DNA of 64,000 bases, taken from NCBI GenBank assembly GCA_051294375.1, contig CM119266.1, forward strand, positions 6,589,431 to 6,653,430, given 5' to 3'. This DNA comes from Paraspadella gotoi (Eukaryota > Animalia > Chaetognatha). Every line of letters starts with the position of its first letter. Within the stretch, counting starts at the first letter, position 1. The position numbers and the translations under genes are program-made. The notes under the pieces are model-generated. The model saw nothing but the letters and a program-made list of their open reading frames with translations, did not search any database and had not been told where the DNA came from. Shown one piece after another: positions 25,647 to 40,299 of this stretch.

Positions 25647-26319
25647 TAGATTCTACCGGCTCGAAGTCACGCGCTCGCGTTTTATATGGATATCATGCCA
25701 CGCGCGGAAGCGACCACCATAGGATCGGAAGCTTTATGCCCTTCGTGGGTCGCTTTTGGTCGGCTTCCCTCTTTTTCATCACATAAATGGATTTTCGCGG
25801 AAAAGGATGTGACCTTCCGATGTTTCGTCGTCAAACGATCTTCGTCGACGTCGTTTTTGTTGTTTTTCAAAACTTCGTTTGTTGACAAAAGGACAAAAAG
25901 AAAATGTTTACAAATTCAACTGATTTTGCCAAAAATATCGATTTTTTCCCTCGGCCTTTCATTTCACATTTCGACGGAAAGAAAATCAGTCCTTTTTCTA
26001 CTGTTTTCGTTGTCGAGGACATTTATGTCCTGTTGATAACTTGTGATTGTGAGATGTGAAAGAGCGTCGAAAATCACTCGCGATTTGCTCTTTTTTTCTT
26101 TGTTCACTTCCATTTGGCATGATCTTTTCTCAAAATAATATTCAATCGCTATTGAGCACTTATACAGTATGTACCTATGATATACTTTAGTAATTGAAAA
26201 ATATGCTGCAATCAGCCACTTTACTCTGTCATGCCAATGCCATTCAACACAATTTATTCTACCCATTTAGGCCTTCATTCCCATTTCGCTCTTCAGCTAT
26301 CAGCTATCAGCTTCAACTA

Positions 26320-26428
26320 TCCCCTGCCATTTCCCAGGCCCAGCGTTTCCCCTGCCATTCCCCTGCCATTTCCCTTTCATATCCCTGATGTTCCCCCGCC
26401 ATTCCCCTTGCCATTCCCCTTGCCATCT
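26320..26428. repeat. Degenerate ~11-12-bp minisatellite (CCCCTGCCATT)
   Basis: Several visible copies of CCCC(T)TGCCATT. Confidence 0.8.
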
Positions 26429-27548
26429 CCCACTCGCTCGGAAATTCTTCCTCCGTCGCATCCGGATTAAATCTCGAATTTCTCCTCAGATTTATTTATT
26501 CTTTTTATTTTCTTTTATTCTTTTTTTTTAATTTTATTTCTTTTTTATTTCTATATTTTTTAAAAATTCTTCGCCGTTTGTTTATCTTTGGCCACAATCG
26601 ACTTTGCGCTTTTATTTACAAATTAATCCTCCAGGTTGTTCGCGACGGAAGAAGGATCAGTTGACCATTGCAATGGAAACTTATCGTTGTTATTACTTGG
26701 AATTTCCGGAAAATATTTTCTTTTAAATATTGTTTTTCTATTTACTACTACTTAATCTTAATCATTTTTTTAAATACTATTTTGATTGATTGAACTATTT
26801 TGTCTTCTTTTACTTGTCTTAATAATTACCGAACATTATCTCAAAATTACACACAAAATGAGAAAGACGCCTGCACAATGTTACTTCGATGAAAGTCGAA
26901 ATGAAATTTTACCCGAAATCTAAAAATGAAAGAAAAATATCATTTTTCTTTTTCTGGTTATCAAAGTTTGAGATTCGGCCGCCAAAATCTCACACACAGA
27001 CTCTCACAGACTCACTCAGACTCACGGACACACCCTTCGCCTTTTCGCCCAAAAGACTCGACGAAAACATAAAATTCAGGTTGAATTTGAAAGTAAAAGT
27101 AAAGTAAAGAAATTAAAGCAAATTTTGAAGAAAAAAAATATATGAAAAGGAATATTTTTGATAAAATAAAAAAGGAAGAAATATACAAACAAAAATGACG
27201 AAAGTCAGTACGTAAAAACGAAAAATTTACTCAAAATACAATATAAAATAAAAAAAATAAATATGTAAATAAATTAATAAATTAATGAATTAATTAATGA
27301 ATTAATTAATTAATTTAAAACTGATAAATAAAAGGAATAAAACATCAAAAAACAGGAATTTCTTTTCTCGTCTTTCGAATCCGTTCCACTCCGAATTCCT
27401 AGTCGATGCAGGTTGAAAACTTTGCCGGTGCAAAGGTAAGGTTTTTGCCGGTGCGCAGAAAAGTTTTTTGCCGGTGTAGAGACAATTTTTATCGATGCCG
27501 AAATGTCCCATCGTAGCGGAGACACGGCAGGTGCAAAGAGTGAGAGAG

Positions 27549-27634
<86 letters not shown>

Positions 27635-28035
27635 GTTCTGCCGATGAGAGAATTATCCGCCGAAGCGTGAAATGGACCCCCCTCGTAATCTGCCGGTGCG
27701 GCGTTGACGCGGGGTCGGTGCGGCGTCGGCAGGGCGTGAAATGGACCCTCGATCGGATTCAGGATTTCAAAAAGATGTTTATATCTCGTTTCTTGAAGGC
27801 GGCTTCGGCGCTTCGAGTCGTTTTCTTCTTAAAACCACCTTTTAACTCAACTCCTCTTCTTCCTCCTCCTCCTCCTCCTTCTCCTCCTCCTCTTCATTTT
27901 CATCATCGTCTCTTTATCGACATCAAAATATATATACCTTATCTGGTTTCACCTTTGCTGCCTCTCCATCTCAAATTTAAATAAATAAAAATATTAATAA
28001 AAAAAAAAAAATAATCTCAAATTTCTTCACTCTCG

Positions 28036-28083
<48 letters not shown>

Positions 28084-29719
28084 ACTCTGTCTGATATGAC
28101 AGATGAAAACAGTCTACTCTCCAACTCAATTTTTTCCCTCCCAACAATCGAACTGAAAAAAAAAACTCTTTTCGACTTTTTTCTTTCTTTTTTCATTTGT
28201 AATTTTTTTCCACTTTTCTCCTCAGATATTTTTTTTTTCTTTTTCGATTTAAAAAAGTGTTTTTATTAATTTTTTTTTATTTTCCCGCGATGTATGGGGC
28301 GGAAACTTCTTTAAATGAAAAACCTGAAAACCCGGAAAAATTATAAAACCGATCTGAGCTTTAATATTTGCCTACATAAATTGATTTTCCGTTGATTTCT
28401 GTTTCCATATTTAAAGATTTAATCATTTTCGTCGAAAATCCGATTTCGTCAATTGTGAAAATCGCTTCCATAATTCTCTCCTTGTATAATTAATTCTCGA
28501 AACGTGAGTATCGAGCACTATCGATCTCTCTCGTTGTTGTTCAATGTTCATTGTTCAATGTTCAATGTCCAATGGTCCATACATATACATATACAGTAAT
28601 TTTATAAAAAATCGAACAATGTATTGTTTCTTTTTATAACATTACATATTAAATCGCCTTATGGCACACGACTTCTCTTTGGTCTCATCTTGAATTTTCA
28701 ACCGATTGGGTGAGGATTAGTTCATCTCATCTCATCTCATCTCATCTCATCTCATCTAATCGATTTTCGGCTTCAATTCAGATTTGCGCTAATGAGTTTA
28801 AGATTTGCGGGATTTAATAAATTTGGAAAGGGATCATCGGGGTTTGTGAGATTTCTGTGTGTTTGGCTACATTCGGTGGGCAATTACTATTGAGTATGAT
28901 TGTAATTCTGATAATTATATACTTGTCATGGGCAGTAACAAGTTATAAACAAACAATGCTTATTGTCGTTTATATATTTTGATTATTTATATATTTTTTA
29001 TCTAAGAATTCATTACACAATTTATGTATAAATTCAACTTCCCTTATCAGCAATGACCTTTTTCATAGAGAGGGTTTTGTCGCTATTAAGATTCTTCCAA
29101 ATTCTTCCAGCTTTGACCTTTTATTTATTTACAACGAAGAAGCTTTTTTTGGAATTTTTCCCAAAAAAAGCTTTTTTTTCGCACGAGATATTTACTTTAT
29201 TCGTTCAAGTCTTCTTTTGCCCCAATTTTATCGCTATTCTATATTCTATATCTTTTTTCTCTATAAAAATATTGTTCATTTGATTGCAAATTGTTCAATT
29301 AAATTTTTACTTTTCCCCCCAAACTTATTCAACGCACTTGTTTACGATTTCAAATGTTTTCATTTCATCTATCATCGAAAATAGTTTTGTTTTCGTTTCC
29401 CCTCTTGTTTACAATTCAATTTTTTATGAACAACTTTTGTTTACATTTGAAATCTTTTTTTTTTGGTTTTGGATTTGAGAATCAAGATTCATTTCGAATT
29501 AATAAATATTTGCCATAATCAGCTGCGGAAATGTCAAAACGTATTGTTTAGTTTTTTTATTTTACTCGAATTTTTTTATTTCCTGATTTTCATTCGCCCA
29601 AACTAACTTAACTTCAAGTTCAAATTTAATTTTTTTTAAATTCAAATTCTAATTCCTCGAATTTCCGATTCGTATCTTCGGGACATTTCAATTTTCCCAT
29701 CTTTCCATCTCCCATTTCC

Positions 29720-29729
29720 NNNNNNNNNN
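29720..29729. other. Assembly gap (10 N) within a CCCAT(T/C)T low-complexity repeat
   Basis: Run of N flanked by TTCCCAT repeats; true distance unknown. Confidence 0.99.
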
Positions 29730-29906
29730 TTCCCATTTCCCATCTCCCTTTCCCATCTTCCCATCTCACTTTTCCCATCCTCCCTTCCAATTTGGATACA
29801 TTCCTAATTTTACAAAATCTTCTCTCAGATTTCATCACATCTTTGCAGACGTAGATAGGATTTGCCCTTTGGCACTCATTCTTTTCTTCTATATTAACCT
29901 ACCCTC

Positions 29907-29974
<68 letters not shown>

Positions 29975-30254
29975 GTCCATTCTCATGACATTATTTTAAT
30001 ACCTTTTCGATTAAGAAAAATTTTTAATAAAATATTTTATAGAATTATATCTATTCCCTTGAGAATAAACTATATTTCGATGCGGATAATAAAAGAAAAT
30101 GAATAAAATGAAATTCTTTACGAAAAAAAAAACCATTTAATCTAACTAAAAAATTATAATAACAAAAGGAATCGATATTTATTTTTTATGTTGTCTCAGT
30201 TTTTAATCTTTTATTTTTTCTTGTACTAATAATCTACTTACTCTTTTCTTTGCC

Positions 30255-30346
<92 letters not shown>

Positions 30347-32571
30347 TTTATTACTTTTTTTATTCTTTTCGTTTTTCTTAATCATGCAAAAGCATGATTC
30401 GCCGAATTTAGTCGTGTGCGCCTCGAGACAGAAAGCCGATTAAATAAGGAGAGAATGCGCGCGACAAGACGACGACGACGACAACGACGACGACGATGAC
30501 CCACTCTTCCCTCAGGTGTGTCCTTTTTATTGGCCTCCTTTTTTTAAAAGAAAATAATGAGAGCTCGAAAAAAAAAAAAACGAACTGAAATATCAGAAAA
30601 AATAAAAACAAGAATCTTAATAAAAACATCGTGTACTGACCTCTAGCGCCATCTGCATTTCACCAGCTCAATTTGGATTTGCCGCTTTTATCTCCATCTC
30701 TCGATCTCTATACGCTATTCGTAATCTATATTCACAATATTTACAAAGTCACGTCGTCGATAAAAAAATGTTTAAATATGTACATCATTTATTCTCCCCG
30801 CGCTTAACATATTTGATTTCGCATCAATTGACTTTGAATTCGTGTTCATGAATATTCCCTCTACTTGAATCCGCATTAGTTTAAAACCGAGATTTTTTTC
30901 TGGCGGAGATCCCAGTTCCCTTTATCCCTTTATCCCAGTTCCCTTTATCCCTTTATCCCATTTTTTCTCTTCTTTTAAATGTTCCCATTAATCACTCGTC
31001 CGTCTGTCTGTCGGTGAATATATACATTTTTAAACTTAATCGTCTTATTTTTTAACTTAATCGCCTCATTCAATGATTTCAGGTAATTGAGTATTTTAAT
31101 CCAGTTTTTGCGGATAAAAGACACGACCTTTAACTTCATATTAACTCCTGGTTGTCACAACTGATTTTATCGCAATTTCCTATCGCACATTCCGTTCGCT
31201 CATTCTAATCCGATCGCATTTGACCAAAACCGAAGAAAAAAGAAGAAAAAAAATCTGATCCAAAATCTATTTGAGTTTCCGATTAGAGAATTTCTTTCGG
31301 TGTCTCGCGTCGCTCGAAATTCTTAGAGAAGAAAAAATATCGATGAAAAAAAATATAAGAAAAAAAGTTGTAATTGTGTGTGGAAAAAGAAGAAGAAACT
31401 CACTATGTTTACGCGAAATTGTGTGTGTGGGGCAGGGGGTGGTGCGAAATTAGGCGTAGTCTTGTCAACGAAGTCGGAACCCCGAGGGATAAACAAGATT
31501 AGATAAAAAAGTAAGAAATGAAGACGTGTTTGGATTTGAGATGGAGTTCCACTTCCGAGCAGGAAACTGGGACTTTTATTGTAGCGGAATCCAAGCTTTT
31601 TTATGTACAGAGATTTTTCGTATTGATATCGTTGAACTTCTTATAGTTATTATAGTTGAACATTTTCTTTATGTTTTTCGTCTGCCTTCGTGGCGTCCAC
31701 CTGGCTCGTATTCTATCTAACGAGCTTCATTACAATTAACTCATTGAATACAATTGATTACAATAAATAAAATGAAATACATAAATAATGAGTAATTAAT
31801 AAATACGATTAACTCTTTCAATCCATGTGCCAATCCAATACTTTCCATCTGTAAATTCGCATGTTACACACATTGACTCTGACTTTTGTCCCTAACCTCA
31901 TTTGTCCTCCCGTTGAGTCTAATTCCAAATCTCAAATCCCAAATCTCACATCCAAAATTTCAAATCTCAAATCTCAAATCCCAAATCCTGAGCCCCCGAA
32001 TATTTGCGGTTTTCATTTCTCAAAAACGAATGAATGAATTCGATGCTCGTTTGGTGATCGGTCGTTGGCGCGCCTCTTTTCTCTTTCACCTCTAAATTCC
32101 AACGAGGAGGATCTGCCCTCTGGACTGAAAGCCAAACCTCTACGACGCTTATGATCAATGCTCTATAGTCTATAGACGGCAAAGATTGTTTTGTTTTGTC
32201 TATTTATAAAAAAAATCAGAAACGAAATGGGAACAGTGAAAACAAGTAGCCTGTCATCCCAACTGTATTGCTGCCCAAGATCTCTTTTAATCCAGTCCAG
32301 TTTTTTCGTGGTTTATATTTAACTACAATATAAATACTATACTACTTTATCTACTTTATCTTTGTAATAATATAATTGTTTTAAAGAAACTGTGTACCGT
32401 TAGTATCTATTGATTGATTAGTTGATTGGTCTAATTGATTGGCTGATTGATTCTTGGAAATTCCACTCGGCGAAGATTTTCTCTCAACTTCCCGATTTTT
32501 TTTTCTTTTTCCTTCAATTTCCTTTTCACATTCGAAAACAAATAAAAAAAAAAGACTAAGATGAGATCGAA

Positions 32572-32945
32572 TTTTTTCCCTCTCTTCTCTTTTCCCCTTT
32601 TCTTTCTTTTCCCCTTTTATTTCATTTCCCCTTTTCTTTCTTTTCCCCTTTTCTTTCTTTTCCCCTTTTCTTCCTTTTCCCTTTTCTTTCTTTTTCCCTT
32701 TTCTTTCTTTTCCCCTTTTCTTTCTTTTCCCTTTTCTTACTTTTCCCTTTTTTCTTTTCCCCATTTCTTTCTTTTCCCCTTTTCTTTCTTTTTCCCTTTT
32801 ATTTCTTTTCTTTCTTTTCCCCTTTTCTTTCTTTTCCACTTTTCTTTCTTTTCCCTTTTCTTTATTTTTTCCTTTTCTTTCTTTTCCCTCTTCTTTCTTT
32901 TCCCCTTTTCTTTATTTTCCCCTATTCTTTCTCTTTCCCCTTCTC
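32572..32945. repeat. Pyrimidine minisatellite, ~17-bp unit TTTTCCCCTTTTCTTTC
   Basis: Many near-identical tandem copies; explains spurious K/E/G-rich and F/S/P-rich ORFs. Confidence 0.9.
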
Positions 32946-34309
32946 TTTTTTGATGAGGGTTAAGATTCAATTACAAAGAATCATCGGTGGCCTTTTAATC
33001 TTAATTAAATTCCCGGATTCTTTTTTATTTTCTTTTTTTTTTTTTAATTATTTTCTCTTTTCTTCGTTTAATTTTTCTCTTCTTTCCATTATCTTTGTCC
33101 TAGGATCTTTCCTATTTGTTTTCCTCATTTTGTACTTTTTATTCTTTCTATTCTCATTCTATAGACTTTTCTTATTTTTATTCTTAACTTCTCTTTTCTA
33201 ATTCTAATTCTCTATTTATTTCAATCTTCTCTCTCTCTCCCCCCCCCCAATATTTTTTTTCACGTCCAAACACCAAAGCAAATTCACCAAATTCCCACCA
33301 ACAACTTTTTGTCATTTTTTTGTCACAAAAATGATAAAATTTCAGGTTTTTTTTCCAAAATCGTTTTCCCGCTTTTTTTCGCCGCCGACGAAGATTCTTG
33401 GAGTCTTCCATCTGTTTTTCTTTCTCTTTCTCTTTTCTCCAGCGGATCGTCCGGTGACGCCAAAGATCGAAGGCGTCCGATCCGAAAACGATAGAGTCGC
33501 AAGTGGTACATTTTCCGTTAGCTTGTATGGGATCATTTCCAAGATTGCTCTTAAATCTCATAGTCGCTTGTGTGGCATTCAACGTCGCCTGTATGCTCTC
33601 GTAAGGCAGAGACAGGCTGACAGATTATCCGACACAAATCGTTTTATTAATATTTAAAAAAAAAAAAAGAAACAGACAAAACAAAATCAAAACCGAATGA
33701 TTTCGTCAGAAATAACGGATCGAATTCGAATTCTTGGCCAAAAACAAAAAAACATCGTCGGAATTTAGAAAAAAAAACATTTAAACCTAAAAAAGTTTGT
33801 AAAAAAAACTTGATTTACGATCGAAATCTCGATTTTTTTTATTATTTAAAAAAGTTACAAAAAAACAAAAAAAAAACTTCGATTAATCGTCGTAACTTTG
33901 GAGTAAATTTTGAAAGCGAAAAAAAACCCCCCAAACTAATCGATGTGAGGATTGACCGAATTTCATGCGAATTTAATCTCCTCATTCTTTGTCTTTGCGA
34001 CGTTATTTCAATTTATTATCATTCCGCTCTTCTTTTTTATTTTATTTTAATTTATTAAAATTAACTCTGGAGTTAACGCTAATTTTAAAGTTAACTCTGC
34101 AACTAAGACTTTCTGCTTTCTTATTTTAGTAATATTTTTTTTTCAGAATTCGTGTCTGTGTTCTTTTGTTTTCCGAATTCAGCGCCATTTTCCTCAAATC
34201 ACCTTTTATCCTATTATTAATAGTATTAAGACTGAAAAATGATTGCTCTTCCAATTTGCGCTGGACGATTTTACCGGACTTTCCGTGGGCGGAGAGAGGG
34301 ACCGACTTT

Positions 34310-34413
<104 letters not shown>

Positions 34414-35148
34414 CTCCCTTTGTCTCTCATTTCGTTTTCAAACCGTGAACATTATATTGTTGTATTTTTTAACAAATGAATTTTCTCCTAAATCAGCGAG
34501 AAATCGGTTCGCGCGTCATTTAACCCACTGCTTCGAAATCAATTAGAGACACCCGATACACTAATTACATTTAGCCAAAAAAAAAACCAAAAAATATACC
34601 GCGAAATACCTACGTTTAGTACGATTAATTACGACTCAATACCAAAGAAATATCGAAATTATTAGAAACCAAAAAAATATTAAAGCAAAGAACTTGAAAC
34701 AGGTTTTTACTCTTTAACCTCCGTAATTTCGGATTTACTCAACCAATAAAATTATAACGTATCATACTAAAACGGAAATTAGTGGAGCATAAAATATTTG
34801 GTCGGATTTTTTTACGCGACAAAATGCGATTCATGCGGAGAGAGAAGAAAAAATACAAATAAAGCAAACATAAAATAAACAAAAAGCAACAAAAAGCAAC
34901 AAACAAAAAAACTAAAAGAAAAACAAAAGACGTCGACGATCATCTCGACACCTTCCACATCCCTACTTCCCCGCCGCTCCTCCAATTCATCCTTTCAACA
35001 TCCTCGTCGATCTTCCATTTTAGCTCCAGCGTCCGGCTCCCCTTCCCTCCTTCAACTTCCACCACCTCCGCTTTCAGAAATCCCATCCCCAGCGCCCTCT
35101 CTCCGCGATCTCGCCTCAACTTCATCTTTGAACAAATTCCTCTCCAAG

Positions 35149-35359
35149 ATGTCGTCGACGTCCCCGGCGTCGTCCCCGGCGTCGAACGGCGTCGTCGGCA
35201 TCGGCGCTGCTTCCGGTTTAAGGTCGGGATCGGCGCTGGAGCGTCTCCGCGCCCGGCGCCAAAACGGCGCCTCCGACCCTCAATCCTCGGAAGGCGTCGA
35301 TAGAATCGGAAGTCCGGCGAAGAACGGAGGCGACGGCGACGGCGCTGGCGGAGGTAGCG
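35149..35359 (+). CDS. Probable alternative 5' coding exon B of septin-7 (MSSTSPASS...GGGS)
   Basis: GC-rich open frame from ATG 35149 to a phase-1 donor G|GTAAAG, compatible with the phase-1 acceptor at 38351. The frame is also open upstream to ~34930, so the exon may start earlier. Confidence 0.6.
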
Positions 35360-35411
35360 GTAAAGCTGAGATTTGGGATTAGAAACCAAGAAGGGCAAAT
35401 CATGTATTAAA

Positions 35412-35413
<2 letters not shown>

Positions 35414-35456
<43 letters not shown>

Positions 35457-35535
35457 TATAATAATAATAATAAATAATAATAAAATAAATAATAATAATA
35501 ATAATATAATAATAATAATAATAATAAAAAATAAT
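35414..35535. repeat. (AAT)n microsatellite
   Basis: Visible tandem AAT array. Confidence 0.95.
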
Positions 35536-36010
35536 CTTGAAAACAATCATTTTTAAAAAGAAAAACGCCGGTTTTATTCTTTCTGAAGAATGCCTCTGTT
35601 CTTCCCGTCATTTAATACTATTTTTAATCCTCTTTATTACACCTCTCTTCTCTTTTAATAGACATCTATCACTTTCTTTTTCTTTTTTCTATTTCTCTTT
35701 TCTTTTTCTTTCCGTTTCACCCCTATTAACTTTCTCCCTTTATGTTTATGATCCTTCATCATCCCCAATTTTCGCGGTTAATTTTATCAACAGGAAAAAA
35801 CAAATCTTCTTTTTTCACACTCAGTGTCCTACGCCGTTTGCATTGGACATCTTTCTTTCTTTCCTTCTTTCTTTCTTTCTTTCTTCTTTCTTTCTTTCTT
35901 TTCTTTCTTTCTTTCTTTCTTTTTCTTTCTTTCTTTCTTTTCTCTTACCTTTTATTCCTTTCTCTCTCATTCTCACTTTTATTTTTTGTCATTTTTACAA
36001 TCTTTTTTTT

Positions 36011-36086
<76 letters not shown>

Positions 36087-38350
36087 TTCAAAATTCTTTT
36101 GCGCCTTTGAAATAATAAACAAAATGCAATTAAGCTTTTCCTTCTTTTCAACTTGTCGAAATCTTGTGAAGGCCGTCCCGCCTGGAGGCGCCTCCGGAGT
36201 TGATCCCCCCAGTTCGCCGCGAGTTTGAGGCGTCGAAAATCGTCTGCTTGCGTAGGCGACACTTTAAGTCTATTTTTATGGCCGTTTGATTATCGGGTTT
36301 TGGCATGGTGCAGGATAAACAAATTACACCGTCCGTTATTCGAAAATAATAATAAGAAAATGATGCCCAGATTTTCAGTTTAAACTTGCCATTTAAACAA
36401 TCGATCATCATGTTTATTTTAAATAGAATATAAAGATTTATATCAGAATAAGTCGTTAATTCCTTGCCATAAAACCGAAATAAACTTTATATCCCGTATA
36501 TCGGTCAAAGAAATTCCTTCCTCAACTCGGTCACTATCACATCCTCCCCTTAAATATTTTTTTTTTGTCACTAAGATCATTTCCAGATCCTTCGAAATGT
36601 CTGGTTATAAGTTTTCTCTTCTTTCCTGACATAAATCGTTATTTCCGCTGCGTGAGTAATATTTTTTTTTAAAAAAGTACTAACACGAAATCGTGAATGA
36701 GCGTGGAAAAATAAATTTCACAAAAAGAAAGAAAAAAGTGAATTGAATAAAAGAAAAAAGAAAGAAAATTCGATGAGGAATGAATTCGCAGAGAATTCCC
36801 GACAGTTCGAACTCTCCTTTTTTTTCTTTCTTCATTTCCTGTTGTCCGTCAACCATGAGTTTTATTCCCTTTCTTTAACTTTGTTAAAAAAAAGAACCCA
36901 GTCCATCTCCTTAAAAACTCGGTTCGGGGTTGTAAGATCCATCCCTTAAGTCTTAACCCTGATCACTCTGTCCCCTTAAAGATCCTTCCGCTAAAATTAT
37001 TTGCTTTTAATAAAAATTCGTCGCTGAAAAAGTTTTTCGGTTCTCGACGCTTAATTTTTATCGTTCTCGCCTTTCGGGTTTATTCCTAAAATTTTAGCTA
37101 AAGTTGCCAATTATAATTAATATAATTAATGACATCGTTTCTCCATATTACTGGTTTCCCCGCGGTATCTATTTAGTTTAGACTTCTTGGAAGTTGGAAT
37201 TGAGGGAAAAATAAGTTAATTAACCCAAAATGTTTTTTTGCATAAACTAAATAGTAGTTTTAAGGCTGCTTTGAAAATACTTCAAATGTTTGGGCAAGAT
37301 TTAGCGCGAGTTTCATAATAATAGGACATATTTATGTATAGTATTTGGATGAGACTATTTATTCACATCGTTCTTTCGCGATTGATGATTACCCAAAACT
37401 TTCATCAAGACTTTTGACCGAATTCCGGAGATGACTTGAAATATTTACTAGTTATTTCTTTTAAAAACCAAACCCTCAAATTCCCCAACGAGGCGATGGT
37501 TTTCTTTTTCCGCTTCGATAATTTCAAATCGAGACTAAAATCTATTTTTGGCGGAAAAATTCAAATTCCCTCATTCAGAATTTTGTTGATTAACGAAAAA
37601 AAAAATTCTCTTTTGTTATTGAATTTAAAAAAAAATTTTTCTCGTATTGTAATCTTTGGCACTTGATATTTTGTTATCCAATTTTTAAATCTTTTGTTTT
37701 TTTTTTAACTTTTTTTCACAAATTTTCCGCGCGTCTTCAGCGATCGACATCATAATATTTACTCGAGAGTCACGTCTCGTCTCCAGATCACGAGTTTTTT
37801 ACAAAAGAATCACACAGTCCGTATTGCACGTTCTTTTGCTTCGCTTCCCCCCATCTCCCTTTCCTTAACCCCCACCCGCCCCTTAAATCATAACGCCTTT
37901 TCCGTTTTCAACCCTTTCTCTTTCCACCTCTAACCTCCTCCCCCCAACCCTCTCTATCTCCTCTCTAACCTCTCCCCACACCCTCTATCCCATTCCCCTC
38001 TTTTCAAACACCCCCCCCCACTCCTTAAAACTCGAACCAATTCGACTCATTTTTGCTACGAAACTCATTTGTCAATTTCATTTTTTTCCTTCTTTTTTAG
38101 TTCTAAAACAATTTTTTTCTTTTTTTTTTGAGCTCCTAATGTAAATCTCTGCTTGTCTACGCGCAAACAATCATATTTTCAAAAAAAAAAAAATAAAATC
38201 CATTTAAAATTCTAAAACCGGCGTTTTAATTAGAATACTTAAAATATATTAAACTTAATTAAAAAAAAAGATCTCAACATCGCATTGCCCTTTTGTCGAC
38301 ACAAATCTCTCTCGCCACGCGCTTCCATTTTTTTTTTTATTTTCCGCCAG

Positions 38351-38514
38351 CGGGCGACTCTTCTCCTATCGGCGTAAAAAAATATTCGTTGTCGTCGGCG
38401 GCCGGCGTCACTTCGCCGACGGGTTACACTTCGCGATACAACAGCGCCGCCTCATCGTTCGGCGCCGATAAACCGGCGTTGCCCGAAAAACCGGCGCTCT
38501 CTGAAAAACCCAAA
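38351..38514 (+). CDS. Internal coding exon of septin-7 isoform B (GDSSPIGVKKYSL...KPALPEKPALSEKPK)
   Basis: T-rich tract plus CCAG acceptor (phase 1), donor AAA|GTAAGA (phase 0), isolated GC-rich open frame; joins in frame to 48851. Confidence 0.7.
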
Positions 38515-39114
38515 GTAAGAGGTCGGGCCGATCGTGAGGCCACCGAGATTTTTGTACTCGTTTGTAGTAAATCTTTATTAATTTAATTCAAATTGAACGT
38601 AATTTCTTCTATTATCTTTTTTTTTTGTTTAATTTTTTTAAAGTTCACGATTGAAAAACACATCTTAATTTCAAAATGTTAGATTGTTCTTTAAACGCAA
38701 ACAGCTTTGCTCGTAGAGTGAAGCGATCTGGTATGATTTTCGAATTACAGTAACTGACAAGATTGATCATCAACAAATCATAAGCTCTTCAACTCTTTAA
38801 CTTACTTTACTGACAGCTTTTTTCTCCAGATAAACTGAGAGACTCATTTGATTTATTGTCGTTTAATGAGAGTGTTCACTGGCTGAAAGACTTTACTGAT
38901 GGGCTTTGCTGACAACCGCTGTTTGAGAATTTCAACATAGGGTGGATGACTTTGCTAAATAGTTGGAGTGTATTGTTTTTAATTTTTTGTCACAACATTT
39001 TTGGCGTTCTGTATAGAGGAATCGAAATTACGTAGTGAAAAAATTAAACTTATTAATTATTATTCATGAGCCTTAGTCTTAGATTTGGAGGAAAACCAAA
39101 TACTACCAAGTGAT

Positions 39115-39163
<49 letters not shown>

Positions 39164-39629
39164 GAGAGAAAGAGAGAGAGAGAAAGAGAGAAAGAGAGAG
39201 AGAGAGAGAGAAAGAGAGAAAGAGAGAGAGAGAGAGAGTTTATTAAACGTCAACCAAAAACACTGCACAGATCACGGCTGGTGAACGATGATGAGCCTGT
39301 GATCCTCGTGATCTTCTGGAATTTTTTTTCTTTAAAAAATTAATTAAACTGGATCTTGAATTTTGAAAAAAAATAATTCTGGAATATTTAATGCAGAATC
39401 CGTGGGAAGAAAAATGAATTTTGGCGCCAAATTTACCGGATTTTTTATTCGTTGGATCTCAGGGAAAAAAGAGAGAAAAAAATTCTTCAAAGTTTTGATT
39501 AATAAAGAAAACTTTTAATCGAAAAGAAAAATGTAAAGTAAACTTAGCACCAATGAGCTTCTAGTAGTTGTAGTATTTATATCATTAGTCTTAGTTAGCA
39601 CTTATTTATACCTCGTTCTAAATTCTATT

Positions 39630-39692
39630 TACTGACATTCTCTATCATTTTTCTTTTTCCCCTTTTCACCCGTCTCTCCGCAACAGGTAAGT
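39630..39692 (+). other. Candidate recursive splice site: branch point TACTGAC, pyrimidine tract, CAG|GTAAGT
   Basis: TACTGAC 39630-39636, ~45-nt pyrimidine-rich tract without AG, CAG ending at 39686, GTAAGT 39687-39692. Confidence 0.55.
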
Positions 39693-40186
39693 CTAAATAT
39701 TGTTCTTAATAATGTAAGTCTCGTATTTAAATCTCCCCGCATGATCCCGGATTTAATTCACTTGTTGGACGTTTTCGCTTGGTAACCGATTAATTCGCGT
39801 TTGTCCAAATCAATTGACCCCATGGTCTTTTATTGTTGTGGGAGAGAGAGTTCGCGGGACAAATGTTCATTCGCGATGCTCTTTTGGTTATTTTCGAGTG
39901 CGTGTGGTTTTTCTATATTTTGTGTGCAGAGGGGGATTCCTGAATTTCGTTGCTCTTTTGGTTTTCATTCTCTCTTTTCACGCTGAAGCCTTTCCGATTT
40001 CCCGCTTCCGAATTTAAAAGAAAAAAGAAAAGAAAAAAAGAAAGAAAAGTTGTTATCAACCCGAGAAGACTTTTATCTCAGCTTTCATTTTTTTTTCGTC
40101 CCGCAGATAAAATGAAAAGAAAAGTCTTTCTCTTTTTGGACGAATAAAGAGATAATTTATACGATTTAATTTGGTCGAATGTTGGA

Positions 40187-40299
<113 letters not shown>

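Noticed and set aside
27421-27480. Repeat-spacer pattern as a CRISPR array
   Set aside because: Eukaryotic context, 10-bp repeats with ~13-bp spacers, only three units and no cas genes.
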